64,000 bases of DNA from Deferribacterales bacterium (GTDB lineage Bacteria > Chrysiogenota > Deferribacteres > Deferribacterales > Geovibrionaceae). The first letter of the stretch is position 1. Each line of letters begins with the position of its first letter. The stretch lies in assembly GCA_050251945.1 (NCBI GenBank), contig JBFWLW010000010.1, forward strand, positions 1 through 64,000, given 5' to 3'. Positions 57,137-64,000 of the stretch are shown here, piece after piece. The notes under the pieces were generated by a model, which saw nothing but the letters and a program-made list of their open reading frames with translations, had not been told where the DNA came from and ran no database searches. Both the position numbers and the translations under genes were made by a program.

Positions 57137-57229
57137 AGCTCTAAAATGCATCATTATTTGTGGGATACGAGCTAAACAGCAACCCAAGAAACAAAGTGAC
57201 GTAATCTCTTGATTATGCTATCTTATGCC

Positions 57230-57880
57230 ATGCTTGAAATAATTAATCTCAATAAAACATTTGGTAAGGGTGAATCGGCTATACATGTTCTGAACTGCTT
57301 TAATATGACCGTTGCACAGGGCGAACGCGTGGCAATTGTCGGACAGTCCGGCGCAGGGAAATCCACTCTTCTTCAAATTATCGGCGGGCTTGATGCAGCC
57401 GACAGCGGAATAATAAGCTTTAAGAATGAGAACATATTCGATAAAAAGGGCAAAGAGCTGGACAGATACCGCAATCGTGAGGTCGGGTTCGTGTTCCAGT
57501 TTCATTACCTTCTGGATGATTTCACCGCACTGGAAAACGTTATGATGCCTGCTCTGATCGCGGGTGAGGACACTGCGGAGAACAGAGGATACGCTAAGTC
57601 GCTTCTCGCACGTTTCGGGCTTTCAGACAGGGAGACACATTTTCCTTCACAGCTTTCAGGCGGTGAGCAGCAGAGAACCGCACTGGCAAGGGCGCTGATG
57701 AACAGACCTTCGATGATACTGGCGGACGAACCGACAGGCAGTCTGGACAAAAAAAACAGCGAGGAAGTGTTATCAATGTTTGATTCTCTGAAAAATGATG
57801 GTATTACTGTATTAATAGTTACTCACGATGATGAAATTGCAAAATCGTGCGACCGTATTGTGAAAATGGAGAAGGCATGA
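57230..57880 (+). CDS. ABC ATP-binding protein, LolD-like
   Basis: GQSGAGKST, GFVFQFHYLL, LSGGEQQR and ADEPTG. Confidence 0.9.
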   Translation: MLEIINLNKTFGKGESAIHVLNCFNMTVAQGERVAIVGQSGAGKSTLLQIIGGLDAADSGIISFKNENIFDKKGKELDRYRNREVGFVFQFHYLLDDFTALENVMMPALIAGEDTAENRGYAKSLLARFGLSDRETHFPSQLSGGEQQRTALARALMNRPSMILADEPTGSLDKKNSEEVLSMFDSLKNDGITVLIVTHDDEIAKSCDRIVKMEKA

Positions 57881-58668
57881 CAAAGATCGGCATAATCGGC
57901 GGAAGCGGACTTTATGAGATCGAAGGCTTTGAATTTATTGAAGAAGTGAAGGTATCCACTGAATACGGTGATCCGTCCGACAGCTACAGATTTTTCAGAT
58001 ACGGTGAGCTTGAACTCTTTTTTCTTAACAGACATGGCAGAAACCATTCATATCCTCCCCATCTGGTGAATTACAGAGCTAACATCGACGGTTTTTCGCA
58101 GATAGGCGTTAAAGCAATATTCGGTTTCACAGCCACAGGCGGCATAAGCAAAGACTTCAGACCGGGGGATATTATTATTCCCGACAACGGGATAGACTTT
58201 ACTAACGGTCGGAAACATACATATTTTGAAGAGAATAATGTACATCACATAGATTTTACGGAGCCTTTCTGCATTGACCTGCGCAAAATTATGTTTGATG
58301 CGGCGGAGCGTGCAAACGTTCCCGTATGCAGAACAGGAACATACATCTGTACAAACGGACCCCGGCTTGAAACGGCGGCGGAGATACGCGCTTTTGACAG
58401 GATGGGAGCAGACCTTGTGGGAATGACGCTTTTTCCGGAGTGTTCACTGGCGCGGGAAAAAGAGATATGCTATGCAAATATCAGTGTGATAACAAACTTT
58501 GCGGCGGGAACGACAACACAGAAGCTCACGTCCGACGAGGTTGTTGCTGAAATGGGCAAGGCAGGAGAAAAGCTTAAAAGACTGATGAGAAATCTGCCCG
58601 CGAGCTATACCGGTGAACGCACATGCGGATGCGTTAACGCACTTGAAGGCACGAAGATAAGCAAATGA
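57877..58668 (+). CDS. mtnP: S-methyl-5'-thioadenosine/thioinosine phosphorylase
   Basis: IGIIGGSG, RHGRNH, NYRANI, GPRLETAAE and VGMT. Confidence 0.88.
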   Translation: MTKIGIIGGSGLYEIEGFEFIEEVKVSTEYGDPSDSYRFFRYGELELFFLNRHGRNHSYPPHLVNYRANIDGFSQIGVKAIFGFTATGGISKDFRPGDIIIPDNGIDFTNGRKHTYFEENNVHHIDFTEPFCIDLRKIMFDAAERANVPVCRTGTYICTNGPRLETAAEIRAFDRMGADLVGMTLFPECSLAREKEICYANISVITNFAAGTTTQKLTSDEVVAEMGKAGEKLKRLMRNLPASYTGERTCGCVNALEGTKISK

Positions 58669-59528
58669 CGATACAGACCGATGTTGTTTTAAGAGATCAT
58701 TGCAGTTACAGAACAGGCGGTGCGGCGGAGTTTTATGCCGCAGTGCAGACGGACGGCGACCTTGCGCAAGCGCTTGAATTTGCCGCAGAAAAAAAACTTG
58801 AGATAACGGTTATCGGCGGCGGATACAACGTGCTGATAAACGATAAGGGCGTTAAGGGGCTGGTGATAAACACCGCCGGACTTAACTGCCATACGGTGAT
58901 AAACGGTACGGCAGTATATGCCGGAGCCGGCTTTGTTATCGACGAGCTGGCGGCAGAGACCGTTTCACGAGGGCTGGGCGGCATGGAAGACATGTCGGGA
59001 ATTCCCGGCTGTGTTGGCGGTGCGGTCAAAATGAACGCCGGAGCATTTTCAACAGAGATAAAAGATATCGCCGTCTATGTGGACATGATGGACTTTGACG
59101 GCAGAACATACAGGGTTTCAAACGCGGACGCAGGGTTCGGATACAGAAAGGCTGACGGGCTTCACGGTATAGTCCTCGGCGCTATGTTCGGGCTGAAAAA
59201 AGCTGATGCGGAGGAACTTAAAAACAAACGTGCTGAGATACTTGCAAGAAGAGAGGAGAAACAGCCGCTGCATCTTCCCTCCTGCGGGTCGGTCTTTAAA
59301 AGACCGGAAGGCAATTATGCCGGAACTCTCATTGAAAAGTGCGGGCTGAAAGGATACCGGATAGGCGGAGCGCAGGTTGCGGAAAAACACGCAAACTTCA
59401 TACTGAACACTGGCGGTGCCACCGCAGATGACATATACAGGCTGATAAAGCACGTGCAGGACACTGTTGAGAAACAGACAGGAGTCAGGCTTGAAAAAGA
59501 GGTCAGATTCATTGGTTTTGAAGAATAA
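58665..59528 (+). CDS. murB: UDP-N-acetylmuramate dehydrogenase
   Basis: GIPGCVGGAVKMNAGA, QP...SCGSVFKRP and KHANFILN. Confidence 0.96.
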   Translation: MTIQTDVVLRDHCSYRTGGAAEFYAAVQTDGDLAQALEFAAEKKLEITVIGGGYNVLINDKGVKGLVINTAGLNCHTVINGTAVYAGAGFVIDELAAETVSRGLGGMEDMSGIPGCVGGAVKMNAGAFSTEIKDIAVYVDMMDFDGRTYRVSNADAGFGYRKADGLHGIVLGAMFGLKKADAEELKNKRAEILARREEKQPLHLPSCGSVFKRPEGNYAGTLIEKCGLKGYRIGGAQVAEKHANFILNTGGATADDIYRLIKHVQDTVEKQTGVRLEKEVRFIGFEE

Positions 59529-60927
59529 GAACGCGGAACTCACACAGCAGGAGAAGCTGGAGCTTGCAGGTAAGGTTTTCCCTGCGCTTAAGAGCCGTAA
59601 AAAGCATCCTATTTTCAGACTGCTGAGGTTCTCTGTGTCTGCGGTGATGCTGATACTGTGCGCAGCATGTGCAGCCGTTGATGCGCCTGTTCAGCAGTCA
59701 GCTTCAACTATGCCTGCGGCGCATGCAGAAAACAGCCAGCCCAACCTTGTGTCAATGTCCATCAGAAACGGTATCACAAAACCGGACGAACCTGCGGCAT
59801 TTGAGCTTTCAATGCCGGAATCGGATATCTCACTCGCTTCCGTTTATAAATATTCCAAAGAACCCACCATTCTTACGATAGCGCAGGACGCAATTGATTT
59901 TGATTATGAACACGGAATCCTTGTCATCCTTAAAAAAGGTAAACTTGAGAGCAACTACGCAAAATGCGTAAACATAAATCTTAACGGCAGTTTTAACGCT
60001 GTGCAGTTGAGCGGGGGGCTTGTTCTTCTTTCCGGTGAAAAAGAGACCGTTATTGTAGACCTCCAGCAGTGTGGCATTGTCCGTGAATTCAAAGGAGAGG
60101 GCAAGGCCTATTATCTCAGCGGATCGGCTCTGCTTGAAACCGGCCCGAAGCATTATGTCCTTTCGGACAGACTGAAAATCAAAGTTTACAGTGAAAGCGA
60201 TTTTACCGGCGCAGTAATATACGGCGCGCTGGGAACGACCCATATGCTTTTCGCAACCAATACCGGAAAAGTGGCGCTTATGAACATGAAAGACGGCAGG
60301 TTCAATGCGCTGTCACCCGGCAACTACAACATAAAAGACATAAGGTATGTGGATAACGACATATACATCTATACCAAAGAGAACAAACTGCTGATGCTCC
60401 AGCCGGATTTTACCGACGGAACGATAAAGAACATCGGCGAGATGCAGGGCAAAGACGGCTGTTTCTTTCTGAAACGAAGCGGAAAAATGTACTGCGACGG
60501 ATACATAACTGATTTGGACACGGCGGAAAAGGCTCCTTCGGAAGGTGATTCCGGTCTGTATTCCGAAAATATGCTGTTTCTGAAAAAGGACGGTGTGTTG
60601 TCGTTTGTTGATTCGGAAAAGATTTACAGACAGAGCGTTACGCTTGGATCAGCCACGCAGAATCAGGTTTGCGTTAAAGACGGCAGGGGCTATTTCCTCG
60701 ACCTTGACCTCAAGATAAAATATTTCACTGCGGACGGAGTTGAATCTGTTCCGGCGGTGAAGCCTGAATCATGTGATTATGTATTCAATTTCAAAGACGG
60801 TGCCGTGCGTTCTGCCGACGGCAAGATAATATATGAGTTTGCAAAGCCTGTGAACCGCTCTGTGAAGGCAGTCATGCTGAAAAGGATAATCGGTCAGGAT
60901 ATCTACTATTACTTCGAGAAACAGTGA
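59467..60927 (+). CDS. Hypothetical lipoprotein, beta-rich (propeller-like); start uncertain
   Basis: Long ORF with a lipobox-like CAAC after a hydrophobic stretch. Confidence 0.7.
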   Translation: MRNRQESGLKKRSDSLVLKNKNAELTQQEKLELAGKVFPALKSRKKHPIFRLLRFSVSAVMLILCAACAAVDAPVQQSASTMPAAHAENSQPNLVSMSIRNGITKPDEPAAFELSMPESDISLASVYKYSKEPTILTIAQDAIDFDYEHGILVILKKGKLESNYAKCVNINLNGSFNAVQLSGGLVLLSGEKETVIVDLQQCGIVREFKGEGKAYYLSGSALLETGPKHYVLSDRLKIKVYSESDFTGAVIYGALGTTHMLFATNTGKVALMNMKDGRFNALSPGNYNIKDIRYVDNDIYIYTKENKLLMLQPDFTDGTIKNIGEMQGKDGCFFLKRSGKMYCDGYITDLDTAEKAPSEGDSGLYSENMLFLKKDGVLSFVDSEKIYRQSVTLGSATQNQVCVKDGRGYFLDLDLKIKYFTADGVESVPAVKPESCDYVFNFKDGAVRSADGKIIYEFAKPVNRSVKAVMLKRIIGQDIYYYFEKQ

Positions 60928-60933
60928 TTATTT

Positions 60934-60998
60934 AGATTGAGTCGCACCCATTGAAGACGAATCCCGTCTCTGCGAGGTCTGTAAGGACGAAGCAGTCT
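60934..60998. repeat. REP doublet with a degenerate first unit
   Basis: GTCTCTGCGAGGTCTGTAAGGACGAAGCAGTCT preceded by ...GAAGAC. Confidence 0.7.
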
Positions 60999-61006
60999 AT
61001 ATTTTA

Positions 61007-61291
61007 TTATCTGCTGTGTCTCGGACGTTTCTTAACAACGAGCGACGCTTCTTTCATCTTCCTGTAAATTTCTTCATCTGAAACCTTGTTGCGTGCGGCG
61101 TTTACGTTGTGTTCGTTGGTCTGGTAACAGGTGGGCAGTGAGTTTAGAGTTATGGCCATAGTGTCCAGAATGCAGCTTGAGCAGGTGCAGACGTCAGGAT
61201 TATGTTCGAGAAAAATGGGGAAAATCTCCCATGCTCTCTGTTCGTTGACGTTTTTCAGCAATTCTATGTCATATTGATTGATTTTAAGCAT
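61007..61291 (-). CDS. ComFB-family protein
   Basis: NVNE...CTCSSCILDTMAITLNSLPTCY...VKKRPRH. Confidence 0.88.
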   Translation of the reverse strand: MLKINQYDIELLKNVNEQRAWEIFPIFLEHNPDVCTCSSCILDTMAITLNSLPTCYQTNEHNVNAARNKVSDEEIYRKMKEASLVVKKRPRHSR

Positions 61292-61348
61292 AAAAGCACC
61301 TACAATTTTTACTGTGACACATTGAAATATAACACTGCGGGGGGTTCT

Positions 61349-62341
61349 ATGCAAGGGAAAACGGCTGTTATCGGCGGCGGCAACTGGGGTTCGGCTCTGG
61401 CAGCGCTTGCCGCGCAATCTTCAAAAGAGGTAGTGATTTACGCACTTGAAGATGAAGTCGTAAGAAGCATAAACAACGAACATGAGAACGCAGTTTTCAT
61501 GAAAGGCATAAAACTTCCGGAGAACATTGTCTCAAAACCGTTCTCCGAAATACAAAATATTGACACTGACAGGATCATCTGGACGGTTCCCACTCAGTTT
61601 TCCGGCAGAACTGCGAAACAGTATGCAGAGGCACTTTCGGGCAGAAAACTGCTTATAGCCACAAAAGGAATTGAGATAGATACGGGCGATTTGATGATCC
61701 ATGTGCTTGAAAGGGAATTCAAAGGGGATTTTGCCGTAATATCCGGTCCCTCTTTCGCAAAAGAGGTGGCGCAGAAGATGCCCACGGCGGTGAGCATAGC
61801 CGCGAAGGATGAAGAGCATGCCAAATGGTGGCAGAATCTTCTTTCCACAGGCTATTTCCGCTGTTACTACTCCAGTGATATTGTCGGAGTGGAGGTAGGC
61901 GGTGCCATTAAGAACGTTATGGCGATAGCCACAGGCATATCCGACGGGCTTGGCTTCGGTTACAACGCCAGAGCAGGGCTTATCACCCGCGGGTTGACGG
62001 AGATGGCGCGCATGGGCGTGGCGCTTGGCGGCAAACCCGAGACCTTTATGGGGCTTTCGGGTATGGGCGACCTTGTGCTGACCTGTACGGGGGATCTTTC
62101 CAGAAACAGACAGGCGGGGCTTAAGGTGGCTTCCGGCATGACGCTGAAAGAGGTCATAGCCTCAACAAACAACGTAGCGGAGGGTGTTTACACCACAAAA
62201 GCCGCATACCTGCTTGCAAAACGTCTCGGTGTTGATACCCCGATAATAAACGAGGTTTACGACATACTTTATAACGATAAAAAACCGCTGGATTCGGTCA
62301 CAGACCTTATGAAAAGACCGCTGAAGAGTGAAAGCATATGA
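61349..62341 (+). CDS. gpsA: NAD(P)H-dependent glycerol-3-phosphate dehydrogenase
   Basis: IGGGNWGSALA, TKGIE, SGPSFA, GAIKN and GDLVLTCTGDLSRNR. Confidence 0.97.
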   Translation: MQGKTAVIGGGNWGSALAALAAQSSKEVVIYALEDEVVRSINNEHENAVFMKGIKLPENIVSKPFSEIQNIDTDRIIWTVPTQFSGRTAKQYAEALSGRKLLIATKGIEIDTGDLMIHVLEREFKGDFAVISGPSFAKEVAQKMPTAVSIAAKDEEHAKWWQNLLSTGYFRCYYSSDIVGVEVGGAIKNVMAIATGISDGLGFGYNARAGLITRGLTEMARMGVALGGKPETFMGLSGMGDLVLTCTGDLSRNRQAGLKVASGMTLKEVIASTNNVAEGVYTTKAAYLLAKRLGVDTPIINEVYDILYNDKKPLDSVTDLMKRPLKSESI

Positions 62342-64000
62342 AAATAATCATAGACGGCAGCTACATAGCTTTCAGAACGTTTCACAAATCGCCGCCGCTG
62401 ACAAACTCCAAAGGTATACCGACAGGTGTCATCCATGGTGTTCTGAACGTACTTCTGACCCTTTCAAACAGGTTCAGGAAGGAGAACGTTGCCATAGTTT
62501 TTGACCACAAGGGAAAAAACCGCCGCCATGAACAGCACCCTGAATATAAAGCCACGAGGGACGCAACTCCGGAAGATTTAAATATTCAGTTTCAGATACT
62601 GGACGAGCTTATCCCGCTGACAGGAATAGCCTATTACCGCATAGAAGGCTACGAGGGAGACGACATAATGGCAACCCTCGCCGCGCACGCAGAGGGCGAG
62701 GTGGGTATGCTCACCCGCGACAAGGACATCTTTCAGATAGTTGACGACAGAGTTAAAATATACGATTCACAGACAAATGAATTTTTCGGAAAAGAGCTTG
62801 TGTTTGAGAAGTATAAGGTTGTTCCCGATAAGATGGGCGACCTGCTGGCGCTTACTGGGGACACATCCGACAACATCCCCGGCGTTCCGAAAGTGGGCGT
62901 TGTAACGGCGGCAAAGCTGCTGGACGAATTCGGCAGTCTTGACGGCATTTACGCCAATCTGGACAAGATAAAGGGCAAGGTGAAGGAAAACCTTGAGAAT
63001 AATAAAGATCAGGCATATCTGAGCAGACAGCTTGTGGAGCTTGATATTCTGGAAAAGGAGCCTGAACCCGAAGACCGTGAAGACATGGCGCTTCTGATGG
63101 AAAAACTTCAGGAATACGAGCTTAAAAGCGTCATCGTGAAGCTGAATTCCATGGCGGAGCGATCAGATACCGCAGACGAAGAGGAACCGCAGCACGAAGC
63201 GATAGAGATAAAAGAGTGTACGCCGTCTAAGGTCACTCTGGTGCTTTTCGACAGCGGGAAACTATACACCGCCGGAGACGGCTGTTTTTACGAATATGCC
63301 GGACAGCCTCTTGACGATGTCAAATACTTTTATGATATAAAACACATATACAAGCTTACGGGGTTCAGGTCTGGAAAGATATACGACCTGATGCTGGTCA
63401 GCTGGCTGAACGATGCCGACACAGGCGGGCTGGAACGTGCGAAAACAGAGGAACTTCCCGCTTTCATCGCGCGTCTTCTGGCAAAAGCCGAAGCTGAGGT
63501 TCAGGCGCTTGCCGATAACAGGCTTGAAGACATCTACTTCAACATGGAGCTTCCGTGCGCATACGTCCTTGCGGACATGGAGACTGCGGGGATAGCTCTT
63601 GACAGGGGCGTGATGGAGAGTGTTGCGGACAGGCTGCGCGACGAGGTGGGTGCTGTCAGCGATACCATAAAAAACTTCATTGGTCACGATATAAACCTGA
63701 ACTCGCCCAAACAACTGCAGTCGTTCCTGTTTGAAGAGCTTTCGCTGGTGCCGCCCAAAAAGACAAAAACGGGCAACTCCACTGACGAAGAAGCGATAAA
63801 AGCGCTTATCGCGCTTAACCCAATGTACGCGGGCGATCTGGAAAATATACTGAAATACCGTGAACTTACAAAACTGCTGTCAACCTATGCACTGCCGCTT
63901 TGCGATTATGCCGGAGCCGACGGCAGAATACATACGTCGTTCAAACAGACGGGAACCGCCACAGGGAGGCTTTCGTCCGTTAACCCCAATATGCAGAACA
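62338..64000 (+). CDS. polA: DNA polymerase I (5' part, runs off the window)
   Basis: Manual translation: MKIIIDGSYIAFR, EGDD, DNIPGVPKVG, NLNSPKQL and QTGTATGRLSSVNPNMQN. Confidence 0.96.
   Translation, partial: MKIIIDGSYIAFRTFHKSPPLTNSKGIPTGVIHGVLNVLLTLSNRFRKENVAIVFDHKGKNRRHEQHPEYKATRDATPEDLNIQFQILDELIPLTGIAYYRIEGYEGDDIMATLAAHAEGEVGMLTRDKDIFQIVDDRVKIYDSQTNEFFGKELVFEKYKVVPDKMGDLLALTGDTSDNIPGVPKVGVVTAAKLLDEFGSLDGIYANLDKIKGKVKENLENNKDQAYLSRQLVELDILEKEPEPEDREDMALLMEKLQEYELKSVIVKLNSMAERSDTADEEEPQHEAIEIKECTPSKVTLVLFDSGKLYTAGDGCFYEYAGQPLDDVKYFYDIKHIYKLTGFRSGKIYDLMLVSWLNDADTGGLERAKTEELPAFIARLLAKAEAEVQALADNRLEDIYFNMELPCAYVLADMETAGIALDRGVMESVADRLRDEVGAVSDTIKNFIGHDINLNSPKQLQSFLFEELSLVPPKKTKTGNSTDEEAIKALIALNPMYAGDLENILKYRELTKLLSTYALPLCDYAGADGRIHTSFKQTGTATGRLSSVNPNMQN

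Overview
A 64-kb window of bacterial chromosome, mostly housekeeping genes. Gene content and order suggest a Deferribacterota (Seleniivibrio/Denitrovibrio/Geovibrio-like) genome; this is an inference, not a database result. The window opens with the 3' end of an rRNA operon (23S end, 5S), then a REP-rich tandem array, an AT-rich islet and a rearranged flagellar ring module (flgH; flgG-flgA-flgI). Redox and transport genes, hypE and hisI-pilM-like-lpxB follow. A second flagellar cluster (fliK-flgD-flgE, motAB-fliL-fliN-fliO-fliP-fliQ) ends in a secreted caspase-family protease. Further on are ugd/uxs, an MCP, queH, tpx, rsgA, nikR, a class D beta-lactamase-like gene, glyQ-argG-argF-argD, lipid A/Kdo genes, hslVU, a porin, lolD-like-mtnP-murB, comFB, gpsA and the 5' part of polA. 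No CRISPR array, integrase, transposase, reverse transcriptase or prophage gene is visible. The most notable signals are: (1) a signal-peptide caspase with an apparently FliL-like C-terminal domain, sitting where fliR usually lies; (2) a triplicated hypE 3' end with only synonymous differences, separated by identical 95-bp hairpin cassettes; (3) a ~141-bp MITE carrying REP doublets that duplicates terminator hairpins; (4) a diverged copy of the degT 5' end that brackets the flagellar ring module; (5) unannotated small ORFs (FlgM-N-like, zinc ribbon), a probable ATT start for fliP, and several candidate leaderless genes.
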